DNA of 64,000 bases from Candidatus Latescibacterota bacterium (GTDB lineage Bacteria > Latescibacterota > UBA2968), in NCBI GenBank assembly GCA_965222605.1, contig OZ244960.1, positions 1,824,001 to 1,888,000 of the forward strand. The letters run 5' to 3'. Position 1 is the first letter of the stretch, and each line of letters opens with the position of its first letter. The position numbers and the translations under genes are program-made. This document shows, piece after piece, positions 1 through 10,154 of the stretch. Under the pieces are notes generated by a model that worked only from the letters and a program-made list of their open reading frames with translations, did not search any database and was not told the origin of the DNA.

Positions 1-102
1 ATACGCCACCGCCCCCAGCACTAATAGCGCGATGAGGCACATGGTAACGGACACGGGTCGCAACACCGAAATACGCGGCAAAAGAGAAGATTTGGAATGC
101 AT
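1..102 (-). CDS. 5' end of an RND efflux transporter permease (AcrB/AcrD/AcrF family), runs off the window
   Basis: Manual translation from ATG at 102: MHSKSSLLPRISVLRPVSVTMCLIALLVLGAVAY, matching the typical RND N-terminus (RPV followed by TM1). Confidence 0.7.
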   Translation of the reverse strand, partial: MHSKSSLLPRISVLRPVSVTMCLIALLVLGAVAY

Positions 103-369
103 GGTAAACTCAGTGGTTAGTTAGCGTCACCAGAGTATCGCTCTTAATTATCGAAGATTTGAACAAATTTGGCAAACAGAGTTTGTGATGCCCTGTCAGA
201 TGTCCGTCGGTTAAAAAATTAAACAAATTAAAATTTCCCTTCTAATTTGAGTTGCATTCTAATATCATAAAGTACATAATTATTGCATAAGAGATTTGAA
301 AACCATCAAGAAGACTATCTCCCTCAAAGAGAAATCGTCCAAATCTCCTCATTAACACAGGAGCATGCC

Positions 370-1392
370 ATGACTGACCAGATTGCAGAATTGCGCGTAT
401 CCAACGACGCGATCAACGATACGGAAGAGTTGCGGCGGCGCATCCGCGAAGAGGGGTACCTCTTCTTTCGCAAATTGCAGAACCCGGACAAACTCTGGGA
501 TTTGCGGCGGCAAATGCTCAACAGAATGACACCATGGCTCGTCGAGGGAACCGATCCCATAGATGGCATTGCCGATATATCCAGGCAGTGTACTGAAGGC
601 GACCCCGAATACACCGACGTGTATCACAAAGTGTACAAACTCGAAGCCTTTCACCGCATTGCCCATGAACCAGAAGTGCTCGACTTGCTCGAAAAAGTAA
701 TGGATGGCCCTGTTTTCTCACATCCGCACAAAGTCGCTCGCCTGTGGTTTCCCAAATACACGGCGCACACCACACCGATTCACCAGGACTTCGTACACTT
801 TCAGGGAAACTTCGACACCTACACCTGCTGGGCACCTGTTGGCGACTGTCCCATTGAACTGGGTGGCCTCGCCGTACTGCCTGGCTCTCACAAAATCAAT
901 GCAGTCATGGAACACCACTTCTCCCTGGGCGCGGGCAGCCTGTGCATCCACACCGACGAATTGGAAGGCCAATGGCACAGCACCAACTACGAAATCGGCG
1001 ATACCCTGATCTTTCCCGCACTCACGGTACATCAAGCCCTGCCAAATCTCACCGAAGACCGCCTTCGCGTCTCCCTTGACAACCGCTATCAAAAACTCGG
1101 CGACACCCTATCTGAGCACATGCTCGAACCCCATCTGAATATCTTCAACAATCTCACCTGGGAAGATGTGTACAAAGACTGGGAAACCGACGATCTCAAA
1201 TACTACTGGAAAAATCTAAACAATCGCATCATACCCCGCGACCTCAGCTATTCGGAGAAAGGTTTTGCAGAAGCACTCGAACTGGCTAAAACGGGAGATG
1301 AACGCGCACATATTGCTATGAAACGCGCTCTTCGACGCGATCCCAACTCACCTCAAGCCAAAGCTGCCAGGGAAGCCCTAACACTTATTTGA
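370..1392 (+). CDS. Phytanoyl-CoA dioxygenase (PhyH) family Fe(II)/2-oxoglutarate dioxygenase
   Basis: HQD iron motif, GGLAVLPGSH, distal H (LTVHQALPN) and RVSLDNRY. Start moved to ATG 370, behind an AGGAG RBS. Confidence 0.9.
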   Translation: MTDQIAELRVSNDAINDTEELRRRIREEGYLFFRKLQNPDKLWDLRRQMLNRMTPWLVEGTDPIDGIADISRQCTEGDPEYTDVYHKVYKLEAFHRIAHEPEVLDLLEKVMDGPVFSHPHKVARLWFPKYTAHTTPIHQDFVHFQGNFDTYTCWAPVGDCPIELGGLAVLPGSHKINAVMEHHFSLGAGSLCIHTDELEGQWHSTNYEIGDTLIFPALTVHQALPNLTEDRLRVSLDNRYQKLGDTLSEHMLEPHLNIFNNLTWEDVYKDWETDDLKYYWKNLNNRIIPRDLSYSEKGFAEALELAKTGDERAHIAMKRALRRDPNSPQAKAAREALTLI

Positions 1393-1440
1393 TCGGAACA
1401 GTATTTTAACACAACGCTTTTTTCACCAAGGAGGTTTTTT

Positions 1441-3045
1441 TTGAAGCACATTCGCAGTGTAGTTGTCATAGCTCTTGCCGCAGGACTGATGTGGAACTGC
1501 GGCGGCGAGCGCGTGACGCAGTCAGATACCGGGGCAGATGAGCAGGTTGCCCGCCCCCTGAGCAAATTGGCAGCACACCAGCACGCGGCACAGGCAGTGG
1601 TAATGGTCACTTTGCAGCAAGATGACGCACCAGTGAGCGGTGCAACCGTCTCATTTTCGCGCTCTGTTGCCGGACAGGCTCCAGACTATCAGTGGTCGGG
1701 CACAACCGATGAGAATGGTCAGGCGCGGGTACAAATCGCATCGGGTAATGGTTATTATCAAGCGAGAGCATCGCAGGACGGGATTGAGATCGGTTCCTGG
1801 TCGAGCATTCCAATCAACGCGGGCTACGAGGTCATGCTCAATTTGCCCATCGGAGGACAAGCACATGTGACCGGTTCATCCATGCGAGCCTTAGTCACGA
1901 TTGGCGAGGGCGAAGCCGTTCAAATCCGTTCGTTGCTCACACATACCATCGCGGCGTCGCTTGGTGTGCCGTCGCGGAACGCCATTGAGTTAGCCGTGCG
2001 TGACTTCGGCATGATCCACGGTCACGCGGTTGAACTCGGCGAGCCAATAGACGGCGGGTGTGGACCGGAAGGCGGACGCATGGGCGCAGAGCAGATTATT
2101 GCCGACCCGCAGGTACTGGGCGTCATCGGCACATCCTGCTCCGGCGCGGCTGTGGCGGCCTCACCGGTGATCAGTGCGGCGGGTCTCGTGATGATCTCGC
2201 CATCCAACACCTCGCCTTTGCTCACGTCCGACCTCGCAGGCAACACAAATCCCAACTATCACCCCGGCTATTTTCGCGTTGCCGTCAACGATCTCTATCA
2301 GGCGCGGGCTGTCGCCGACTTCGCATATAATGAATTGGGCCTGCGGCGCATGGTATCCCTCGACGACGGTGACCCGTACACGACAGCCCTCGTCAGCGCG
2401 TTTGGCGATGCGTTTAGTGCCATCGGCGGCGAGGTCGCGGTCAGTGCCCAAATCGAAAAAGGGCAGACGGACATGACATCCGTCCTCGCGGAATTTGCAA
2501 CAGCCACACCAGACGGCATCTTCTTCCCGCTCTTCGACGAGGAAGGCATACCTTTCGCCAAGCAGGCGCGGGAATTCGAAGGTCTGGAAGGCGCGACACT
2601 CATCACGGGTGCGGCCCTCCTCGATTCGAAGTTCCTCGCCACACCGCAGTCAGAGGGCATTTACGCTGCAGGACCGGAGACGGATCTCAGCTCAAATGTC
2701 AATGCTATAACCGGCAAGAGCGTAGATGAAGTGCTCGCCGCATACTCAGCCGCTTATGGCGGATTTCCAGGCACGCCTTACTGGGCGCACTCTTACGACG
2801 CCACAATCCTGCTACTCAGTGCCATCAAGACTGTTGCGAGGGTAGATGGCGGGAAGTTCACTGTAGATCGCAATGAGCTACGCCTGGAACTCAGCGCGAC
2901 ATCCGGCTTTCAAGGGCTTCTCGGCACGCTCACCTGCGACGATTTTGGAGACTGCGGCACCGGACGCATAAACATCTACCACCACACAGATTTGAACATT
3001 ACAGACCCCGCACAATTGCCCGTGGTCTATCGGTTCACGCCGTGA
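1441..3045 (+). CDS. Lipoprotein: N-terminal carboxypeptidase-regulatory-like beta domain plus LivJ/LivK-type ABC substrate-binding domain (copy 1)
   Basis: Signal peptide ending LMWNC; PVSGATV..GTTDENG motif; SBP motifs VIGTSCS, ISPSNTSP and YDA. AAGGAGG RBS upstream. Confidence 0.85.
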   Translation: MKHIRSVVVIALAAGLMWNCGGERVTQSDTGADEQVARPLSKLAAHQHAAQAVVMVTLQQDDAPVSGATVSFSRSVAGQAPDYQWSGTTDENGQARVQIASGNGYYQARASQDGIEIGSWSSIPINAGYEVMLNLPIGGQAHVTGSSMRALVTIGEGEAVQIRSLLTHTIAASLGVPSRNAIELAVRDFGMIHGHAVELGEPIDGGCGPEGGRMGAEQIIADPQVLGVIGTSCSGAAVAASPVISAAGLVMISPSNTSPLLTSDLAGNTNPNYHPGYFRVAVNDLYQARAVADFAYNELGLRRMVSLDDGDPYTTALVSAFGDAFSAIGGEVAVSAQIEKGQTDMTSVLAEFATATPDGIFFPLFDEEGIPFAKQAREFEGLEGATLITGAALLDSKFLATPQSEGIYAAGPETDLSSNVNAITGKSVDEVLAAYSAAYGGFPGTPYWAHSYDATILLLSAIKTVARVDGGKFTVDRNELRLELSATSGFQGLLGTLTCDDFGDCGTGRINIYHHTDLNITDPAQLPVVYRFTP

Positions 3046-3106
3046 TGATTTCTATGTTGAGACAAATTCGCAGTGAGACAACGCTTTTTTCACCAAGGAG
3101 GTTGCT

Positions 3107-4708
3107 ATGTTGAGACACATTCGCAGTATTGTTGTCATAGCTCTTGCCGCAGGACTGATGTGGAACTGCGGCGGTGAGCGCGTGACGCAGTCAGAGACCG
3201 GGACAGACGAACAGATTGGACGTCCCCTGAGCAAATTGGCAGTAGCCCATCACGCGGCGCAGGCTGTCGTCGTCATGGTCAATTTGCATCGTGATGGCGC
3301 ACCAGTGAGTGGTGCAACCGTCGCATTAGCACGCTCTATTGCCGGACAGGCCCCGTCCTATCAGTGGTCGGGTACGACCACTGACAATGGTCAGGCGTGG
3401 GTGGAAATCTCATCGGGCAATGGCTATTACCAGGCGCGTGCCTCACAGGACGGGGTCGAGATCGGTTCCTGGTCGAGCATTCCAATTAACGCGGGCTACG
3501 AGGTCTTGAATTTACCCATCGGAGGGCAAGCACAGGTGACCAGTTCATCCCTGCGCTCTTTAGTCGCGATTGGCGAGGCCGTACAAATCCGTTCGTTGCT
3601 CTCGCACACCGTCGTGCCAGGGCTTGCTGAGGGGTCGCGGTACGCCGCTGAGTTGGCCGTGCGTGACTTCGGCATGATCCACGGTCACGCGGTTGAACTC
3701 GGCGAGTCAATAGACACCGGGTGTGGGCCGGAAGGCGGACGCGCGGGCGCAGAGCAGATCATCGCCGACCCGCAGGTAGTCGGCGTCATCGGCACGAACT
3801 GCTCGTTTGCGGCTGTGGCGGCCTCACCGCTGCTCAGCGCGGCGGGTCTCGTGATGATCTCGCCGTCCAACACCTCGCCTGTGCTCACCTCCGACCTCGC
3901 CGGCAACGTGAGTCCCAACTACCACCCCGGCTATTTCCGCACCTCTAACAACGACCTCTATGAGGCGAACGCGGTAGCCGATTTCGCCTACGGTGAATTG
4001 GGCCTGCGGCGCCTGGTGGCCATAGACGATAGCGACCCGTACACCATGGGCCTCACCGTCGCGTTCGGCAATGCGTTCCGCGCTCTCGGCGGTGAAGTTG
4101 CGGCCACCGCCAGGATCGCGAAAGGGCGGACGGACATGACATCTGTCCTCACGGAATTCGCGGCAGCCGAGCCGGACGGCATCTACTTCCCGCTCTTCGA
4201 TATAGAGGGCGCGCCCTTCGCCGAGCAGGCGAGGAAATTCGACGGCCTAAAAGACGCGACACTCATCACGAGTTCGGCCCTCCTCCTGACAGAGTTCCTC
4301 GCCATGCCGCAGTCGGAGGGCATCTACTTTGCCGGCCCGGAGCCAGTGATTGGCTCAAACGTCAATGATGCCACCGGCAAGAGCGTGGACGAAGTGCTCG
4401 CCGCATTTGCAGCCACGTACGGCGGGTCTCCGAACACGCCTTACTGGGCGCACTCTTACGACGCCACAACGCTGCTGCTCAACGCCATCGAGACTGTTGC
4501 AGGCGAAGCTGGTGGAAAATTGTATGTAGATCGCACCGCGCTACGCGGGAAACTCCACGCGACATCCGGCTTTCAGGGTCTCCTCGGCACGCTCTCCTGC
4601 GACAATTTCGGAGACTGCGGCACCGGGCGCATAAACATCTACCACCACACGGATTTGAGCATCACAGATCCCGCGCAGTTGCCCGTGGTCTATCGGTTCT
4701 CGCCGTGA
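3107..4708 (+). CDS. Lipoprotein plus branched-chain amino-acid-type ABC substrate-binding domain (copy 2, tandem paralogue)
   Basis: Collinear with copy 1 over its full length, with the same upstream CAACGCTTTTTTCACCAAGGAGG motif. Confidence 0.85.
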   Translation: MLRHIRSIVVIALAAGLMWNCGGERVTQSETGTDEQIGRPLSKLAVAHHAAQAVVVMVNLHRDGAPVSGATVALARSIAGQAPSYQWSGTTTDNGQAWVEISSGNGYYQARASQDGVEIGSWSSIPINAGYEVLNLPIGGQAQVTSSSLRSLVAIGEAVQIRSLLSHTVVPGLAEGSRYAAELAVRDFGMIHGHAVELGESIDTGCGPEGGRAGAEQIIADPQVVGVIGTNCSFAAVAASPLLSAAGLVMISPSNTSPVLTSDLAGNVSPNYHPGYFRTSNNDLYEANAVADFAYGELGLRRLVAIDDSDPYTMGLTVAFGNAFRALGGEVAATARIAKGRTDMTSVLTEFAAAEPDGIYFPLFDIEGAPFAEQARKFDGLKDATLITSSALLLTEFLAMPQSEGIYFAGPEPVIGSNVNDATGKSVDEVLAAFAATYGGSPNTPYWAHSYDATTLLLNAIETVAGEAGGKLYVDRTALRGKLHATSGFQGLLGTLSCDNFGDCGTGRINIYHHTDLSITDPAQLPVVYRFSP

Positions 4709-4751
4709 TGATTTTTATTTTGCGACAACGCTTTTTTCTTGGGAAGTTTCC

Positions 4752-5021
4752 ATGTTTAGACACATTCGCAGTATCGTTGTCATAGCTCTCGCCGCAGGGC
4801 TGATGTGGAACTGCGGCGGAGAGCGTGTGATGCAATCGGAAGTCGGAACAGAGGAACAGATTGGACGTCCCTTGAGCAAATTGGCAGTAGCCCATCACAA
4901 AGCACAGGCTGTGGTCATGGTCACATTGCATAGTGATGGCACACCAATAAGCGGTGCAACCGTCGCATTTTCGCGCTCTATGCTCTCTGGCTTTTATCCG
5001 CAGGCACCAACAGACGGATAA
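4752..5021 (+). pseudogene. Truncated third copy: signal peptide plus part of the N-terminal module only
   Basis: Matches copies 1 and 2 up to ...ATVAFSRS, then switches to unrelated hairpin-containing sequence and stops. RBS is degenerate. Confidence 0.8.
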
Positions 5022-5038
5022 CCCAGTTGATATAAAAT

Positions 5039-5073
5039 AAAAAAAGCCGCGAGCATAACTCGCGGCTTTTTTA
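5039..5073. terminator. Bidirectional intrinsic terminator
   Basis: AAAAAAGCCGCGAG-cataa-CTCGCGGCTTTTTT between convergent genes. Confidence 0.85.
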
Positions 5074-5088
5074 CATACATACCCTGAC

Positions 5089-7905
5089 TCAATCGCCCAC
5101 GCGCTGCAACCCCGGTCCCTTCTCGTAATAATAGCTACCCGGAAAAAACTTTTCATTGCCGGGCATCGATTCGACCAATCGCACCTCTGCCGCACACACC
5201 TTGTACTCGGCTGTTCCCGTCACCGCATCGCCCACATCATTCGTCAGCACATTGGCACGTGCCTCGGCAAAATGCAACGGCATCCAGATACATCCGGGTC
5301 GCACCTGCCGCGATAATACAGCCCGCAACTGAACACTCCCACGCCGCGTCGCCACCTCTACCATATCCCCGTGGCGAACACCCCGTTTCCGCGCATCGCT
5401 CGGATGTAACTCCACAAAAGCCTCGGACTGTTTTGCATCCAGTCCAGACTCTCGGCGCGTCTGCGTTGCGGCATTGTAGTGATACAGCGTGCGTCCCGTT
5501 GAAAGAAAAAGACCGTAATCTTCATCCGGCAATTCTGCCGGCGGGATATAATGCACGGACGTGAACAACCCCTTCCCGCGCAAAATCCCATCTTCGTGTA
5601 AAAATTTTGTACCCGGATGATCTGCATCAGAGCACGGCCACTGCAGGCCCGTTATGCTGTTTTCTTCTGCTACGCGATCTATCTTCTCCAACTTTTCGTG
5701 ACTGATACCGGCAAATTGAGGAACGTCTTTAACCATCTCGGCATACACCTCTGCTGGATCTTTGTACGACCAATTCGCGCCCATTTTATTCGCAAGCATA
5801 ACCAGAATTTCCCAGTCGGGAAGCGCTTCCCCAGGGGGTTCAACCGCTTTGCGAACCCTCTGCACGCGGCGTTCTGAATTGGTGAACGTCCCCTCTTTCT
5901 CGGCAAACACGGCGGCGGGCAAAATCACATCGGCAAAACGCGCTGTCTCATTCATAAACGCATCCTGCATCACGATAAAATCAACTTTATTCAATCCCTT
6001 TTCCAACTCGAGAACGTTGGGTTCGGACAATACAATATCTTCACCCATCACAAAAAAGCCGCGCATCTGTTCACCCACCGTCTTCATCATCTCATTGAGA
6101 TTCAGACCCGGCACAGGAGACAATGGAACCCCCCAGGACTTTTCGTATTTTGCTTGCACCTCGGGATCATCCACGCGCTGATAACCCGGATAAAACATCG
6201 GCGTGGCACCCGCATCATTCGCGCCCTGCACATTGTTCTGTCCGCGCAGGGGATTCATCCCGGTCGATGGTTTGCCCAAATGTCCCGTCATCAAAACCAG
6301 ATTTGCAAGCGCATACACATTGTCCGTACCGTGTGCGTGTTCCGTAATGCCCAGCGTATAATATATACCCGCTTTTTCCGTCGTTGCGTACTGCCGCGCC
6401 GTCCAGCGAATATCATCTGCTGAAATACCCGTTATCTGTTCCGCCTTTTCGGGTGTATAAGACGCAACGGCCTCTTTGACCTGCTCAAAATTTTCCGTCT
6501 GATTTTCGATAAACTCGCGATCGATCAAATCCTCTTTCACAATAACATGCGCCATTGCATTGAGCAACCACACATCTGTTCCCGGATTGAGTTGCAAATG
6601 CTTTTTCGCAATAGACGTCATCCATATTGCCCTGGGATCGGCGACAACGAGAGTCGCGCCTTTGCGAACAGCGCGCTTCATTTCCATAGCAATAATCGGA
6701 TGCGCTTCACTCGTATTGCTGCCAATCACAAACAGAAAATCAGCATCGCGTATCTCGCCAATTGAATTTGTCATAGCACCTGCACCAAACGTTTCGACCA
6801 GACCGGCCACAGTTGGCGCGTGTCACGTAGCCGCGCACTGATGGACGTGATTTGCCCGAAACAGTGCGCGCGCCATTTTCTGAACGAGAAAATTTTCCTC
6901 CATCGTACACCGCGACGAACTCACAAAACCCAGGGCATCTGCGCCGTGTCGCTCCGCAACGCCCAACAATCCATCCGCTGCTCTTTGAAGTGCATCGTCC
7001 CATGTGGTTGGATGCAATGCGCCATCATCTCCGCGCACCAGCGGCTGTGTCAACCGATCTTTGTGGTGAACAAAGTCATAAGCAAAGCGACCTTTGACAC
7101 ACAAATTGCCATCATTGGTCGTCGTGCCCGGCGGTGGACTAGTCACCTTGACGATTTGCCCCCCGCCATCTCGTCCTTCTAAATCCACATTGAGATCGAG
7201 CTGACAGCCCACCCCGCAGAAGTTGCAGGTTGACCGCACCTTCACCAATTCGCGCTCGGGTTTTTGCCCGCGTGTAAGGGGCAATTTTTCATTCATTGCG
7301 CCGGTTGGACACACATCAATACATCCACCGCACAACTCGCACGTCGTATCCAGCAGTGATTTTTCTTCCACCGTAGAAATCGTCGTATGCGACCCTCTAC
7401 CCGCAAGAGTAATCGCCGAAACACCTTCTACTTCCTCGCAGTAGCGCACGCATCGAGCACACGCAATACAGGTATCGGGATTAAAATCCACATAAGGATT
7501 GCGATCCTCTCTATCTCCCCGCATCGGCTGCATCCACCCCCAATCCATTGGGGCATCGAACTCAGCGGCCATATCCAGCAATAAATTCGGCGAACCGACT
7601 TCCGATATTTCGCGCTCGTGCGGATGATCCGTCATATACAAAGCCATCAGGGTTTGGCGGTGTCGATCAATGCGCTCATTCTCGGTCGTCACAACCATAC
7701 CGTCTTGCGCCATGCGCGCACAAGCCGGTGTCATCAATCGTTCTCCCGAAACTTCCACCAGACAAGAGCGACACGCACCCGCGGGTTCTAAACGCGGATC
7801 GTGACACAAGGTCGGAATTTCCAATCCCTGACGAGATGCAATATCCAGCAAGGTCTCGCCTTCGGCAAAGCACACCTTCTGTCCGTTCAATGTCAGTTCA
7901 TTCAT
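5089..7905 (-). CDS. fdhF: Selenocysteine-containing formate dehydrogenase alpha subunit (Mo/W-bis-PGD), one gene read through UGA at 6823-6825
   Basis: ORFs 6823..7935 and 5089..6810 are in frame and join as HQCAAT-U(TGA)-HAPTVAGL, aligning with FdhF CARV-U-HGPSVAGL. Also has an N-terminal 2Fe-2S, a 2x4Fe-4S domain, CNFCGVGC and PLRGQNNVQG. Confidence 0.93.
6793..6822 (-). promoter_or_regulatory. Bacterial SECIS-like hairpin immediately 3' of the Sec UGA
   Basis: UGA CAC GCG CCA ACU GUG GCC GGU CUG GUC: GGCC/GGUC stem with a GGUCU apical loop, at the same position and with similar sequence to the E. coli fdhF SECIS (GCAGGUCUGC). Confidence 0.7.
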
Positions 7906-9493
7906 CAAATTCCTCGGGGAAAAAATTTTGGGCACTCGTCAGGGGGAGAGAAGCAATTTGCCCAAGACCACATATCGAACCCTCATTCATTTGCCACGCC
8001 ACGTCTGCCGCGTGTTGCAAGTGAGGTTTGTGGCCCTGTTCCCGATTGCAAATGCGATTTTCAAGTGCCTCGTGTAAATACCGCGTACCAATGCGACAGG
8101 GGGCGCATTGCCCGCAGCTTTCATCGTGAAAAAATCTCAACTGTTGACTGACTGACCATTTCATATCCACCGTGTCGTTCAACACCACCACGCCAGCCGA
8201 GCCGAGCAGCGAACCCAATCCATCCATTGTCTTAAAATCCAATGGCTGATCTCTGTATTTAGCCGGCAAAAAGCCCGAACTCGCACCCCCGGGACTAAAC
8301 GCTTTCGGATTACCAACATATCCACCTGCCTCTTCGACCAGCTCATCTAAAGTCACGCCCAGTGGCAACTCATAGACGCCCGGGCGTTCCACATGCCCGC
8401 TAATACAATACACTTTTGAACCCGCTTCTGTGCGTCCCAAATTGCGAAACCAATCGCCACCTCTTGAAATAATCGAAGGCACGCACGCAATAGTCTCCAC
8501 ATTGTGAATCAGCGTGGGTTTTCCCCACAAGCCGTATTCTGTGGGATAGGGTGGGCGCAAACGCGGCATCCCCCGCTTGCCCTCCAATGCCTCTAAAAGC
8601 GCGGTCTCCTCACCACAAATATACGCACCCTGTCCCGAGTGCATGTGAAAACGGATATCGGGAAATATATTATGCGATTCAAACTCTGCAACTGCTTTTG
8701 CCATCACAGCCTTTGGAAATGCGAACTCGCCCCGCAAGTACAAATAAACATCTTTTGCCCCGATTGTATAAGCCGCAATCGCCAATCCCTCAATGACCAG
8801 ATCGGGACGGCGCATCAAAATCTCCCTATCCTTAAATGTACCAGGCTCGCTCTCATCGCCATTTAAGACCACATAACGCACGGTCTCTTTTTCTGAACAC
8901 ACGGCATTCCACTTAAAAGATGCAGAAAAACCCGCACCACCGCGACCTTGCAGTCCCGATTTTTCTATTTCTTCAATAATTTCTTCGGGACGCATCTTCG
9001 CGGCCTTTCCAAACGCTTTACCCGACCAATCGGCCTGACCCAACAAATTGATCGCCATGGTATCTGGATCATCCACCTCTGGCCCCACATGCCCCAACCA
9101 GCTTTTGCCATTGGATGCTATTTCTGACCTGAGACTTGTCCAATCGCCATCTGTCCGCACCACATCTTCGACCGATACAGCTGGCAACACATCGCGGTCT
9201 CGCAATACCGCAGGCGGACGATCACAAGCCGCCAGACATGAACACCCCATCGCGGGCAGACCCGCATCTTCCATTGCCTGCAACACCTGATCTGCACCCG
9301 CCATGCGACACGACAAACCCGTGCAGACCCGCACTTTTTTGTCTGCATCAGTCAACAAATCAAAAAAGCTACCCACGCCATAGACATGCGCTTCGGGAAC
9401 ACCGGTTTGTTGCGACACCTCCCGCGACACGCCTGAATTTAATCCGCCGCCAATCTGGAGCAAATCGGGCACATCGGCCTGTTTTTTATTCAT
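7898..9493 (-). CDS. NuoE-NuoF fused diaphorase subunit of NAD-dependent formate dehydrogenase
   Basis: NuoE-type CTGLSC...CLAAC; NuoF motifs SGLQGRGGAGF, DESEPGTFKDR, GAYICGEETALLE and ESCGQCAPCR. Stop overlaps the alpha-subunit start. Confidence 0.9.
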   Translation of the reverse strand: MNKKQADVPDLLQIGGGLNSGVSREVSQQTGVPEAHVYGVGSFFDLLTDADKKVRVCTGLSCRMAGADQVLQAMEDAGLPAMGCSCLAACDRPPAVLRDRDVLPAVSVEDVVRTDGDWTSLRSEIASNGKSWLGHVGPEVDDPDTMAINLLGQADWSGKAFGKAAKMRPEEIIEEIEKSGLQGRGGAGFSASFKWNAVCSEKETVRYVVLNGDESEPGTFKDREILMRRPDLVIEGLAIAAYTIGAKDVYLYLRGEFAFPKAVMAKAVAEFESHNIFPDIRFHMHSGQGAYICGEETALLEALEGKRGMPRLRPPYPTEYGLWGKPTLIHNVETIACVPSIISRGGDWFRNLGRTEAGSKVYCISGHVERPGVYELPLGVTLDELVEEAGGYVGNPKAFSPGGASSGFLPAKYRDQPLDFKTMDGLGSLLGSAGVVVLNDTVDMKWSVSQQLRFFHDESCGQCAPCRIGTRYLHEALENRICNREQGHKPHLQHAADVAWQMNEGSICGLGQIASLPLTSAQNFFPEEFDE

Positions 9494-10153
9494 CTATAAC
9501 CTCTCATTCGCAATGCGAATTTGATCCATCAACCTTTGGGTCGCCTCAGTGGGATCGGGCTGGCAACACACGGCTGAAATCACCGCAATACCGTGCGCCC
9601 CTGCGCGCATCACCTCGCCAGCATTTTCTATTTCAATGCCCCCAATGGCAATAATTGGGATCGGTGTACAACTGCGCCAGCAGTTTATACGTACCCCATT
9701 GACCATCTCGCGCAAGCCCTCCAGACCTTTCACCATGCCCGCATCGGCCTTTGAACCAGTTACATAAATCGGACCAAAACCGATGTAATCCGCACCTTCA
9801 GCAACACACTGCTGCGCCTGCGAAAGCGTCTTTGCCGTCCCGCCAATCACTGCATCTTCACCGAGCAGATCGCGTGCCTTTTCAATGGGAAAATCATCTT
9901 GTCCCAAATGCACCCCATCAGCCTCTGCGGCAATTGCCACATCAACCCGGTCATTCACAATCAAAGGCACATCACCATACGCATTCTTCATGGCAATGGC
10001 GGTCTCAATCAACGCGCGCGTCGAGCCCTCTTTCTGCCGAAACTGAATGGTATCCGCCCCCCCAGCAACAGCCATTTGTGCCAACGCGCTGTGTGAAAAG
10101 CGGTCTTGCAAAACAACATCGGTTATGACGTGAAGTTTACCAATTTTTTTCAT
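9494..10153 (-). CDS. thiE: Thiamine-phosphate synthase
   Basis: QFRQK, IVNDRVDVA, GVHLGQDD, DYIGFGPIY..SK and AIGGI motifs. Start set at MKKIGK. Confidence 0.9.
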   Translation of the reverse strand: MKKIGKLHVITDVVLQDRFSHSALAQMAVAGGADTIQFRQKEGSTRALIETAIAMKNAYGDVPLIVNDRVDVAIAAEADGVHLGQDDFPIEKARDLLGEDAVIGGTAKTLSQAQQCVAEGADYIGFGPIYVTGSKADAGMVKGLEGLREMVNGVRINCWRSCTPIPIIAIGGIEIENAGEVMRAGAHGIAVISAVCCQPDPTEATQRLMDQIRIANERL

Positions 10154-10154
10154 G

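Noticed and set aside
283-369. Upstream extensions in the ORF track (here and for thiG, thiE, ubiA, rsmA, hisH and the matrixin gene)
   Set aside because: They lack family similarity and often overlap neighbouring genes. Downstream starts fit the RBS or translational coupling better.
1441-5021. Diversity-generating retroelement acting on the tandem genes
   Set aside because: No reverse transcriptase in the window. Differences include indels and non-adenine changes spread along the genes.
6811-6825. FDH alpha as a split gene or pseudogene
   Set aside because: The stop is an in-frame TGA exactly at the Sec/Cys ligand position, with a downstream SECIS-like hairpin.
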